This document shows, piece after piece, positions 20,047-28,563 of a DNA stretch of 64,000 nt. Source of the DNA: an uncultured candidatus Porisulfidus sp. (GTDB taxonomy: Bacteria; Pseudomonadota; Gammaproteobacteria; Poriferisulfidales; Poriferisulfidaceae); assembly GCA_965221375.1 (NCBI GenBank), contig OZ244883.1, positions 1,107,893 to 1,171,892 on the forward strand. The letters run 5' to 3'. The first letter of the stretch is position 1. Every line of letters begins with the position of its first letter. The notes below the pieces were generated by a model. The model worked only from the letters and a program-made list of their open reading frames with translations. It did not search any database and had not been told where the DNA came from. The position numbers and the translations under genes are program-made.

Positions 20047-21308
20047 AACAGACTTCCCCGGCAGCCAGCTGCATGGACGATTTTGATGCGCAATCGATTT
20101 TGCCCGAACAAGCGCATGCCCATATTCAAGCCTCGGTACAACCTGTCGGTGACACCGAAAAGATCCCGATTGGAGACGCACTCGATCGTATCCTCGCCGT
20201 GGAGGTGCATTCGGGAATTGATGTGCCCGGTGATGTCAATTCAGCCATGGACGGGTACGCCTTGCGTGGGCAGGATCTACCGGAACAATCACCGGCCTCC
20301 TTCAAACTGATCGGTTCCTCCTTTGCAGGACATCCTTTTGAAAGCCCCGTAGGCCAAGGCGAGTGCGTGCGCATTATGACGGGCGGCATCATGCCGGACG
20401 AGACCGATACGGTGGTCATCCAAGAGCGAGTGCGTGTGATCGATCCCGAGACCATAGAAATTCCTGCCACGGAGTCGGCAGGTCAAAACGTTCGCGGCGC
20501 GGGTGAAGATATTGCCGCCGGTCATGTAATTCTCCCTCAGGGACGCCAATTGACACCTGCAGACCTCGGATTGCTGGCCTCCACCGGGATTACCCATGTC
20601 GAAGTGAATCGACGACTGCGCGTGGCGTTCTTTTCTACCGGCGATGAGCTCCGCGAAATTGGAGAACCGCTGGATAAAGGATGCATCTACAACAGCAATC
20701 GCTACACCCTGCGAGGCATGCTGCAGAGGCTGCATGTAGAACCACTTGACCTCGGAACAGTCCCGGACCGACGTGAGGCCGTCGCAGAGACTCTGCATCA
20801 GGCGGTCGAGCAAGCCGATATGGTTATCACCTCGGGTGGTGTATCCGTGGGCGAGGCCGATTATGTCACGGACGTCTTGGAAGAATTGGGCCAAGTTAAA
20901 TTCTGGAAAGTCGCCATCAAACCAGGACGACCTTTGACCTTTGGGTGGCTTGGATCGGCTTGTTTTTTTGGACTACCGGGAAATCCCGTGTCCGTGATGG
21001 TGACGTTTTACTTGTTTGTGCGCCCTGCTTTGTTGCGCATGATGGGAGCGCAGGAATCTGCCCCACTATCACTGACCGTGCCTGTCTCGACGCCTTTGCG
21101 GAAGCGTCCCGGAAGAGTCGAGTACCAGCGAGGCATCCTCAGCCGTGATGCTGAAGGGAATTACACAGTCGCGCGCACCGGAGCTCAAGGCTCCGGCATC
21201 TTGACCTCTATGAGTCAAGCCAATTGCTTTATCGTCTTATCTCTGGAACAGGATAACGTTGATGTGGGAACGAAAGTCGAAGTGATTCCTTTCGACAGTA
21301 TCGCTTAA
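20043..21308 (+). CDS. moeA: molybdopterin molybdotransferase MoeA
   Basis: 421 aa; DVPGDVNSAMDGYALRG, MoeA/gephyrin-E core GGVSVGEADY; the first ~10 aa may be an extension (alternative start MDDFD). Confidence 0.88.
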   Translation: MKQTSPAASCMDDFDAQSILPEQAHAHIQASVQPVGDTEKIPIGDALDRILAVEVHSGIDVPGDVNSAMDGYALRGQDLPEQSPASFKLIGSSFAGHPFESPVGQGECVRIMTGGIMPDETDTVVIQERVRVIDPETIEIPATESAGQNVRGAGEDIAAGHVILPQGRQLTPADLGLLASTGITHVEVNRRLRVAFFSTGDELREIGEPLDKGCIYNSNRYTLRGMLQRLHVEPLDLGTVPDRREAVAETLHQAVEQADMVITSGGVSVGEADYVTDVLEELGQVKFWKVAIKPGRPLTFGWLGSACFFGLPGNPVSVMVTFYLFVRPALLRMMGAQESAPLSLTVPVSTPLRKRPGRVEYQRGILSRDAEGNYTVARTGAQGSGILTSMSQANCFIVLSLEQDNVDVGTKVEVIPFDSIA

Positions 21309-21318
21309 AGATTCGTAT

Positions 21319-21765
21319 TCATCCGGGGGTATTGTTCTTGACCCACCGGTGGCTGCCATCCTCAAGTTCTTCGCGTTTCCAAAAAGGCGCATGAGATTTT
21401 AATTCTTCCATAATCAGACGATTGCTTTCATAAGCCGCCTTGCGGTGCGCCGCCCATGTCGCAACCAGCACAATCGAATCGCCAGGCTGCAGATCTCCGA
21501 CACGGTGTCGCAATAATACGGCTCCCAGATCATATTGTTGCTGGACTTGAGCAACCATTTCTTCCAGATAGGACTGCGTCATTTTGGAGTAGTGATCCAA
21601 AAACATAGACCGCACCGTATCGCCCTCGTTATGGTCGCGCATCGTGCCGACGAAAACCGCCATGGCCCCGCATTCCGCAGCCAAATGACTGTGTTTTTTC
21701 TGAAAATCATGAATTTCTTGCCACACTTCAAGAAGTTCTTCGACCAGCTGGATATCTGCAATCAT
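21319..21765 (-). CDS. moaE: molybdopterin synthase catalytic subunit MoaE
   Basis: 148 aa; VGTMRDHNEGDTV ... HAPFWKRE; MoaE family. No moaD ORF of at least 60 aa adjacent. Confidence 0.85.
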   Translation of the reverse strand: MIADIQLVEELLEVWQEIHDFQKKHSHLAAECGAMAVFVGTMRDHNEGDTVRSMFLDHYSKMTQSYLEEMVAQVQQQYDLGAVLLRHRVGDLQPGDSIVLVATWAAHRKAAYESNRLIMEELKSHAPFWKREELEDGSHRWVKNNTPG

Positions 21766-21828
21766 TATCTATTTATTTTCATATCCTCTTTATATTTCAT
21801 TGAATTCCCTTTCAGTCGCGCAAGATAA

Positions 21829-23058
21829 TCAGGAGCTCAATTTTTGACGGACCTCGCTGCGTCCGAGTTCAGGCTTCTGAAAATGGCGCAGGAGCGCCGA
21901 TGGCCCCTGTGCTTGAAACTCTTCGAGTGAAGGCCCCTTGTACTGGCAGTAGGACGTGCTGGTTTCGTGAATTTCCAATTCTTCCAGAGCCGGCAAATAA
22001 TCAATCAATCGCTCCCATATCCATGCGGCCAGGAATTCGGTACTGGAGCGCCATGCCAATTCCGGCGCCGCATAGTTGAGCGTATGATGATCCAAGGCGC
22101 GGATGACACGTGCATCGATGATGTGCTTGAGGATACCGTAATCCATCACAAAGCCATGGGCGGGATCGATGCGGTCATGAATCTTGAAATGCGCCGCATA
22201 GTGCCCCCCATGAAGATTGGCGCATGATCCGGGATGATCCGTGATGAAATGCGCTGCATCGAAGCCTCGCTCCTTGACAACGGTTGCCCGTGGCCCGTCA
22301 CCGCAGAATCGGTCGTCTTGTCCGGGGATTTCCCGCAACGACGTCTGCAGCGCCTGACACAATCGTTGTGTGTCCTCCAAACTTCGGGTCCGCAACCATA
22401 CCCGGTCGTCCAACGGCTCCAGTTTCTGGAGGTTGACACCGTGCTTATCCAGCAACCACTGACATAAGGCATCAAACTCTTGACTGGCCGGTGCTTGGAA
22501 AAAAATGTAACCCGCCTGAGGTGACGCACAGCACGTCACCACCACCGCTACGTAGCGGTCGCGGTCTTCGTCGGATAATTCAGCAAACTCCACCGGGGTA
22601 ATGGCTTCCTGATTGGATCGTTTCAATACGTTGCGGGCAACCATCCGATGGCTTCCGCCGGCGATGGAGTATTCCTGGCGAAACACAAAACCCAACGGCT
22701 GCAGATGTTGCTGCATCCACAAAAGCGCATCAAGGCTGCGAATTTCCCCCGGAATCACTTGCCAGACCTCGTCTTCATCCAAACGGCCTGCCGTTCGGGC
22801 CGCTCCCAAAACAATACGTCCGTCGTGATGGTTTGGATCGGAGGCGTGCGGGTAATCCTCAGGATTTTCTTCCTGATCTGCCTTGTGCGCCGGAACCAAC
22901 GTATCCAGCATCACACCGTGGCGCAGAGCATATTCCTGCAGTGTCAAGCCGCAACATGCGAGCAAATGCTCGTCCAAAATTTCAATATCTGTCTGGCATT
23001 CGGGGCATTTCATAAGCACAAATCCGCAGGGGACGCCTTTCGTTTCATTGTACGGCAA
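21829..23058 (-). CDS. fusion protein: N-terminal uncharacterised domain (Cys-rich zinc-ribbon-like start) + C-terminal 6-pyruvoyl-tetrahydropterin synthase (PTPS/QueD-fold) domain
   Basis: 409 aa. The last ~125 aa (FDAAHFITDHPGSCANLHGGHYAAHFKIH...LDHHTLNYAAPELAWRSSTEFLAAWIWERL) carry the PTPS/QueD signature (His triad, LDHxxLN). The first ~270 aa start MKCPECQTDIEILDEHLLACCG, a family I do not recognise. Lies at the edge of the H4MPT gene block. Confidence 0.6.
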   Translation of the reverse strand: MPYNETKGVPCGFVLMKCPECQTDIEILDEHLLACCGLTLQEYALRHGVMLDTLVPAHKADQEENPEDYPHASDPNHHDGRIVLGAARTAGRLDEDEVWQVIPGEIRSLDALLWMQQHLQPLGFVFRQEYSIAGGSHRMVARNVLKRSNQEAITPVEFAELSDEDRDRYVAVVVTCCASPQAGYIFFQAPASQEFDALCQWLLDKHGVNLQKLEPLDDRVWLRTRSLEDTQRLCQALQTSLREIPGQDDRFCGDGPRATVVKERGFDAAHFITDHPGSCANLHGGHYAAHFKIHDRIDPAHGFVMDYGILKHIIDARVIRALDHHTLNYAAPELAWRSSTEFLAAWIWERLIDYLPALEELEIHETSTSYCQYKGPSLEEFQAQGPSALLRHFQKPELGRSEVRQKLSS

Positions 23059-23075
23059 AGGTCACCGGCAGACCT

Positions 23076-23107
23076 AAAAAAAAGCGCCGCATAAGCGGCG
23101 CTTTTTT
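23076..23107 (-). terminator. rho-independent terminator after fae (bidirectional-type hairpin)
   Basis: A8 - AGCGCCGC - ATAA - GCGGCGCT - T6 read directly; sits 19 nt downstream of the fae stop on the minus strand. Confidence 0.8.
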
Positions 23108-23125
23108 CCGAACGAATCGGCGGGC

Positions 23126-23650
23126 TTAGAAGCCTTGGAAGGGGTGATCGGTGCTGTCTTTGGCAGAAAGCACATCATCAACCGAAGGAGTTCCAGCAAC
23201 AGCATTTGCAATCGCCTGCTTGGTCGCCTTGTAGTTGTTTTCATAAATCGCCGCATCGCTGGCTGCTTCCCAGTGAATGAAGACACCTACGCACACGTAG
23301 AGATTGTCACATTCATCTTTGGGGATAACGCCTGCTTCCACGGAATCCGCGACTGCCATGGCCACAGCTTTCTGTGCGGGGCCAAACATTTGCACGGCTT
23401 GCTTTGCGCCTTTGATCGTCACCTTGTTGTACATCATGGTGTCGGGTTTGCACGGCAGGTTCGGGCCAACCACAGCCAGCAGGGTGGTGAAACCGTCCTT
23501 GTTGTTCACCAAGCCATTGCAGAATGCGGTTTCCGCCGCGGAGCCGCGCGGTCCAATGATGAGATCGATGTGGGCGATTTCGGCCATAGTCCCGGAGGGA
23601 TCATTGTCATTGACCAAAGCCTCGCCAACGAGAACTTTATCGATTGCCAT
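23126..23650 (-). CDS. fae: formaldehyde-activating enzyme (5,6,7,8-tetrahydromethanopterin hydro-lyase)
   Basis: 174 aa from ATG 23650 (GGAG 8 nt upstream): [16 protein letters not shown]...[44 protein letters not shown]...[17 protein letters not shown]...IHWEA, collinear in my memory with Methylobacterium Fae. The ORF-track start at 23680 adds a spurious 10-aa extension. Confidence 0.9.
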   Translation of the reverse strand: MAIDKVLVGEALVNDNDPSGTMAEIAHIDLIIGPRGSAAETAFCNGLVNNKDGFTTLLAVVGPNLPCKPDTMMYNKVTIKGAKQAVQMFGPAQKAVAMAVADSVEAGVIPKDECDNLYVCVGVFIHWEAASDAAIYENNYKATKQAIANAVAGTPSVDDVLSAKDSTDHPFQGF

Positions 23651-23670
23651 TATTAAAACTCCAAAAATTT

Positions 23671-23684
23671 TTGTTTGCAAACAA
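23671..23684. promoter_or_regulatory. perfect 14-bp palindrome TTGTTTGCAAACAA in the fae 5' region
   Basis: Read directly, 21-34 nt upstream of the fae ATG and 29 nt downstream of the orf7-like stop; flanked by AAAAATTTTT. Confidence 0.4.
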
Positions 23685-23712
23685 CGGGCACGCAGTTTTA
23701 AGACGCCCCCGA

Positions 23713-24630
23713 TTAGATTCGAGAATCACTTCCCGAGGTCAGGACATCGCTGTCCCGATCATCGCTCCACCCCGCAAGCCGCGCCGCAAACACTCCTGCG
23801 AGTGTTAAATCCGCCGTGGTTCCGGGGCTGATACCGGAGCTTTTCCACAAAGCATCCAGTTCCAGGAGCCGTGACTGATAAGTTTGCGGAACTTTTGCAT
23901 CGCAAAACTTATCTGCCAGCGACTTAATCTTACCACTAATTGCGTCCGCCGTAGCCGCACCATGCACACGGGCGACATGAGAATCCGGATAATGCGCCAG
24001 CATATGCAGAAACGTTCCGACCATCGCCCAGCGCGGGTCTTTCCAACGTTGGCACAAGTTTTCCCACTGCGGCTGCGCTTGATTTAGAACAAGTTCGAAG
24101 CCGTTGCAGTACTCGGCTGCGATGCGATCGCGGGACGACGCCAACTCCATCGCGGCGCGCAAAGAAATCCTGGGCGCGTCCTGAATATCCGCTTTTTCAA
24201 CCTGACCCAGGCCCACCGGCTGCATGAGTCGGATGGCGCGATAAACATCGCGTGCATCGGTCACTGTGGTCGCCTCCAATACCTGGGGAAGACATTTCGA
24301 CCACTTTTCTTCGGCACAGCGGTAATACGCCTCCACCATGGGAGCAACCAGCAGCAATATGCCGATATTCGTATTGCAGCCCACGACTTCCCAGGTCGCT
24401 TGCGCGGCTTGCCACACACGCTTCCCCAAAGTCCAGTTCGGCCGAGTCACCAACTCTGCGGAGGCTTGGGCACTTTGCCGAAAATCTCGACATGTTTTAC
24501 CGTGCCCTTCTCCATGCAAGCCGACATTCCCTGGTTTTAGCGACTGCAAATCAAGCAAACAGGCGTAAAGGTATTGACGTGAAACAAACCGCCACGTCGG
24601 TTCATAGTGAGCACGCAGATAACGAAACAC
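23713..24630 (-). CDS. triphosphoribosyl-dephospho-CoA synthase (CitG/MdcB)-like protein of the H4MPT cluster (Orf7-like)
   Basis: 305 aa; family assignment is from the overall CitG-like pattern and its fixed position between fae and the RimK-like ATP-grasp gene in methylotroph H4MPT islands. Weaker than neighbouring calls. Confidence 0.55.
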   Translation of the reverse strand: MFRYLRAHYEPTWRFVSRQYLYACLLDLQSLKPGNVGLHGEGHGKTCRDFRQSAQASAELVTRPNWTLGKRVWQAAQATWEVVGCNTNIGILLLVAPMVEAYYRCAEEKWSKCLPQVLEATTVTDARDVYRAIRLMQPVGLGQVEKADIQDAPRISLRAAMELASSRDRIAAEYCNGFELVLNQAQPQWENLCQRWKDPRWAMVGTFLHMLAHYPDSHVARVHGAATADAISGKIKSLADKFCDAKVPQTYQSRLLELDALWKSSGISPGTTADLTLAGVFAARLAGWSDDRDSDVLTSGSDSRI

Positions 24631-24641
24631 TGCAGAAAACT

Positions 24642-25544
24642 TTACGCTTCCTTATGACAATGCGCCAAGAAACCTTCAATCAACAATTCGGAAATATCCT
24701 GCTGACTGACTTGCTGGAGACCCCGCCATGCCGGAATGCTATTGATTTCGGTCACCCAAAACGCACCCTCCCGATCCTGCATCAGGTCGACTCCCGCATA
24801 GGACATGTCCACGGCCGATGTCGCGCGCTGGGCCAAATCCGACAACTGACTATCCAGAGCGGCAGGATAGCCTTGACCTCCATTGGCGATATTGCTGATC
24901 CAATCATTCCCTTCTCTTCGCATCGCTGCCTGTGCCCGGCCTTTCACCACCAACACCCGCCAGTCGCAACTGCCCGAAGCTGCCGACTCAATGTATTCCT
25001 GCAGATAGTACATGCCGTGATACAAATCATAATTCGGATGCGGCGTCTCACGGGTCAACCGCATCAATCCTTTGCCTTGAGATCCAAAGATAGGTTTCGC
25101 AACAATACTCTCGTGAGTCTCAAACCAATGCGCCAGGAAGGCGCGAGTTTGGCGAAGACTTCGGGCCACGAAAGTGCGCGGAGTCGGAATGCCGTGGTGG
25201 GCGAATAAAAAACTGGCGCGTACTTTGTCTACACTGCGCTCAATCGCACCGGCATCGTTGTAGACACCAATGCCCTTGGCCTCCAAGGCGTGAAGCACAT
25301 CCAAATAAAAAATAACCTCTTCAAGAGTGCCTCCCGGCACTTCTCGAACAAAAACACCTGCCGGCAATTGACCGTCGAAACCGGGCAAGTCAATGTGCGC
25401 GCCTTTGTGATCAATCTCGATACGGCACTCGCGCAAACTGACAAAACAGCTGTCCCGATCATGTCGCTTGAGCGCCTGCTGAAGTTGTTGCCCGTGCCAG
25501 CCCGGATGGTCCGTTACGATGGCGTAACGCCCAGGTGCGGTCAT
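24642..25544 (-). CDS. RimK-like ATP-grasp ligase, tetrahydromethanopterin:alpha-L-glutamate ligase-like (Orf5/MptN-like)
   Basis: 300 aa; ATP-grasp features IVAKPIFGSQGKGLMRL, DWRVLVVKGRAQAAMRR, WISNIANGG, GVDLMQD...WVTEINSIP; overlaps the mch start by 4 nt. Confidence 0.75.
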   Translation of the reverse strand: MTAPGRYAIVTDHPGWHGQQLQQALKRHDRDSCFVSLRECRIEIDHKGAHIDLPGFDGQLPAGVFVREVPGGTLEEVIFYLDVLHALEAKGIGVYNDAGAIERSVDKVRASFLFAHHGIPTPRTFVARSLRQTRAFLAHWFETHESIVAKPIFGSQGKGLMRLTRETPHPNYDLYHGMYYLQEYIESAASGSCDWRVLVVKGRAQAAMRREGNDWISNIANGGQGYPAALDSQLSDLAQRATSAVDMSYAGVDLMQDREGAFWVTEINSIPAWRGLQQVSQQDISELLIEGFLAHCHKEA

Positions 25545-26500
25545 TCTTCAAACGACTGCTTCAAAAGATCAGCATCCAAGGCTCCGGCCGCAAAGGAGCG
25601 GCCCGTCTGAATATTACTGACCAGTACCCGTGCCGGACTGAATAACATCGGATCGATTTTGAAAAAGTCGTATTCGTAATCTTTGAATATCGTGGCAAAA
25701 GGCTTGCCGTAATCGCGCGAAGTACTGCTCGGTAATTGTGTTGCTAAACGCTCCGCTTCCTCATCGCTCGATTGGACAAACAGTTTGACCTGTCCGCCGA
25801 ACAAAATCGCATCGTTGGTGCGACCCATCATTTTCACCATATCGGAACTATTCAGGGGTGGGACCGGCGCACTGCCGATGCCATCGATGACCTGTTGCAG
25901 ATCAAACCCCAATACATGCGTTTTATGCAGCGCCACTTCCAATACCCGACCCACAACCTGCACCGTGCCCGCGAGACTGGTGGTAGGTGTCAAAATCAAT
26001 GTGAGATTTTCGGGTTCGACATTACAGTCTCGACAGATTTTCTGGCGCACGGAAAGCGGCGGCACCCGGTCCACTTCCATCACCAGAGTCGTTGTGTCGT
26101 GCTCATCCCGATAGTCGAGCTCACTAAACAACTCTTCACGCTGCGCCAGGCAACGCGCCGGACCCGAGCCCAAGGCATGAAATTTTTCTTCCGAATCGTT
26201 CAAGCTCCAGCCGGCATACTGGCTCGCCAGGCAAGCCAATACCGGATGCTGGGTATGTATGTGAATGGACAACGGCCAATCATCCGGACGATCATAGGTG
26301 AAGGTCGCCTGTCCCAACCCGCCTAGACAAATTTCAGTAATTTGACGACCGGCTTCAATACCGCCCACCGTCTCAATGCCCGCATCAATAATCCGTACAC
26401 CTTCTTCCGTCCGGGATTTTTTGATGCGTAAATTTTCGGCATCCTCCACTAAATGACACACCAATGGATCGGCCAGTTGATTAATGCTAATGCGCGACAT
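25541..26500 (-). CDS. mch: methenyltetrahydromethanopterin cyclohydrolase
   Basis: About 319 aa from MSRISINQLADPLV; RIIDAGIETVGGIEAGRQITEICLGGLG matches Mch. The ORF-track start at 26533 adds 11 aa and lengthens the overlap with the upstream gene. Confidence 0.88.
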   Translation of the reverse strand: MSRISINQLADPLVCHLVEDAENLRIKKSRTEEGVRIIDAGIETVGGIEAGRQITEICLGGLGQATFTYDRPDDWPLSIHIHTQHPVLACLASQYAGWSLNDSEEKFHALGSGPARCLAQREELFSELDYRDEHDTTTLVMEVDRVPPLSVRQKICRDCNVEPENLTLILTPTTSLAGTVQVVGRVLEVALHKTHVLGFDLQQVIDGIGSAPVPPLNSSDMVKMMGRTNDAILFGGQVKLFVQSSDEEAERLATQLPSSTSRDYGKPFATIFKDYEYDFFKIDPMLFSPARVLVSNIQTGRSFAAGALDADLLKQSFEE

Positions 26501-27647
26501 GGACAACCTCTTGTGGTAGCTGTGCGGAGTCAAAATGTGCGGATAATTTTTCCAATACGTCGGCGCGCAAATCTTCTAATTCGGCAAGCACCGTGTCGGC
26601 ATCACTCCCGCGGCTGTGTACCGTGCATAAGGGATTCCCTTTTGACACTCTGGTTTGGGCGTGCGGCCGGTCTGCGGCCGCATCCGGCCACTGACAATGT
26701 GCGGAAATAATGACTTCTTGGGGCGCATAGACAACCCGCATCCCGTTCACGCCGCCTGCGTCAGGCACCAACACATCCCGCGCGATGTTCTTATCAAGAC
26801 ACGTTTGGATATGTGCTTGCATATAACCGTGCAGAAAACGTTCCTGATACAGCTCGCATGTTGCAGTTAAGCGGGGATTGAGATCAAGCATGAAGATACG
26901 GTGATCAGAAGTGAGAACAAAATCAAAGCCACAAAGGCCAAGCAAGCCCAAATCACACGTCAGATTGTCAGCAATCCATTGTACTTGCTCCAGCGCTTCG
27001 GGCGGCAATTCCACCGACCCAATGGCGCCGCCCCACATATAAGGCGTTGCCGCCTCTTCCGCCGCCAGCAGGCGGCTGACCCCAATCAATTCCGCCTCGG
27101 TCCCACCCGCCAAAAACAAGGCTGAATGTACGTCTCCCTCGCAATAACGCTGCCAATAAATCTCTTGATCGCGCCCCTCATACGAATCTGCCGGATGCAC
27201 ATGCGCTCCACCCGAACGCCGGTTACGTTTGACTAACCAACCCGATTGTGACTCGGGTGCAGTGTGACGCATCTCCGGCATCGGTATCTGCAAAACATCG
27301 CAGCGCGAAGTCAGTGATCGTGCATCCGTGCACTGGCGCAGGACTTCCTCGGAATTTCCAAGCACGTTGACATGCCTTTTCAGTTGAGTCAAGAGTCCCG
27401 GGTCTGCTTCGAAGCCCGAGCCGTAGATCAGCCGGTCGCCCGATTGGCTGCGCTCGCTGACCTGCCGCACAATTTCCGCAGTGAATTGCCCTTCCCGCAA
27501 CGGCACGACACGGCACTCATCGGCCTGCAGATCTTCGTCTGCAAACCCATCCAAAGCAATCACTGGACAATGCAGGTGCGCGGCCGCCTGGGCATGCGCC
27601 CGCGCTGAAGCCGACAGCACAAACAGGCGGCTTATTTGGCTGCGCAC
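26487..27647 (-). CDS. ATP-grasp superfamily protein of H4MPT-linked C1 clusters (OrfY/COG2232-like)
   Basis: 386 aa; ATP-grasp-like central region (LVKRNRRSGGAHVH, GLCGFDFVLTSDHRIFMLDLNPR). Position between mch and mtdB is typical for methylotroph H4MPT islands. Family assignment is moderate. Confidence 0.55.
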   Translation of the reverse strand: MRSQISRLFVLSASARAHAQAAAHLHCPVIALDGFADEDLQADECRVVPLREGQFTAEIVRQVSERSQSGDRLIYGSGFEADPGLLTQLKRHVNVLGNSEEVLRQCTDARSLTSRCDVLQIPMPEMRHTAPESQSGWLVKRNRRSGGAHVHPADSYEGRDQEIYWQRYCEGDVHSALFLAGGTEAELIGVSRLLAAEEAATPYMWGGAIGSVELPPEALEQVQWIADNLTCDLGLLGLCGFDFVLTSDHRIFMLDLNPRLTATCELYQERFLHGYMQAHIQTCLDKNIARDVLVPDAGGVNGMRVVYAPQEVIISAHCQWPDAAADRPHAQTRVSKGNPLCTVHSRGSDADTVLAELEDLRADVLEKLSAHFDSAQLPQEVVHVAH

Positions 27648-28531
27648 TGGCGCGCTACTTCAAACGCATGTTCGAAATGGTAATACACCGGCTCGTCCGT
27701 TTCGCGCATCTGTCGCAACAAAGTCTGTTGCGTCTGGTACTTCACATTGCCAATCGCCAAAGCGCCGATACCGACAGCGCCACTGCCGGAGTCCTCGATG
27801 GGTTTCGCATCATCCATCACCCCCAGGCCATGAATTCCCGAAGGCGGAACCGCATTGACATCCGCCGCCACTTTCAGACGTGGTGCACTTGCAATCTGTT
27901 CTTTTGACATCAATTGAATGCCTGCCGCGGCAGATGCAAAAATCACATCCGTCTCATTGAGCAAGGTATCCAACTGATCGTTGGCCTCACCGTCAATCGA
28001 CGTGCCGGCTTCGTATTTCTGATTGCATAGCTGCGCCGCCTGCTCACTTTTTTCTTTCTTGCGCCCCAAAATGGTGACGTGTGCGCCTGCGTCTGCGGCA
28101 ATGACCGCGGCGGCGGAGCCGACCGGTCCAGTGCCCCCGAGAGCCAAAATGCGCTGGTCTGAAAGTTCTGTGCCATGTACATCGCGAAGTGATTTTTCGA
28201 CTTTTGCGACCATGGCCGCTGCCGTCGTAAATGCCCCACTGGGATCCGCGAAAGCGGAAATCACAAAAGGCGGAACCATGGATTTCTGGCAGATTTCCAG
28301 CATTTCCATGGCCTGATGCATGTCACGACCGCCAATAAACAGCCCGGTCCGGCGCACGCCGCTGGGCCCGCGTGAAAAAATTGCATCTTCCACCAGTCCT
28401 TTGGTGTCTTCCACTTCCACCTGGATATACGGAATGCAGGCATCCCAGCCTGCGTCGTAAGCCATGTTGGCGTCAAAGGGGCTCAGATTCTTCGCAGAAG
28501 TGAGCATATGCAGTAAATATTTTTTGTCCAT
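27632..28531 (-). CDS. mtdB: NAD(P)-dependent methylene-tetrahydromethanopterin dehydrogenase
   Basis: 299 aa; GGRDM, LGGTGPVGSAAAVIAADAGAHVTILGRK Rossmann segment, overall collinear with MtdA/MtdB. Confidence 0.85.
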   Translation of the reverse strand: MDKKYLLHMLTSAKNLSPFDANMAYDAGWDACIPYIQVEVEDTKGLVEDAIFSRGPSGVRRTGLFIGGRDMHQAMEMLEICQKSMVPPFVISAFADPSGAFTTAAAMVAKVEKSLRDVHGTELSDQRILALGGTGPVGSAAAVIAADAGAHVTILGRKKEKSEQAAQLCNQKYEAGTSIDGEANDQLDTLLNETDVIFASAAAGIQLMSKEQIASAPRLKVAADVNAVPPSGIHGLGVMDDAKPIEDSGSGAVGIGALAIGNVKYQTQQTLLRQMRETDEPVYYHFEHAFEVARQCAAK

Positions 28532-28563
28532 AAAAAATGTATTCGAAAATTGAAGAGGTAATT

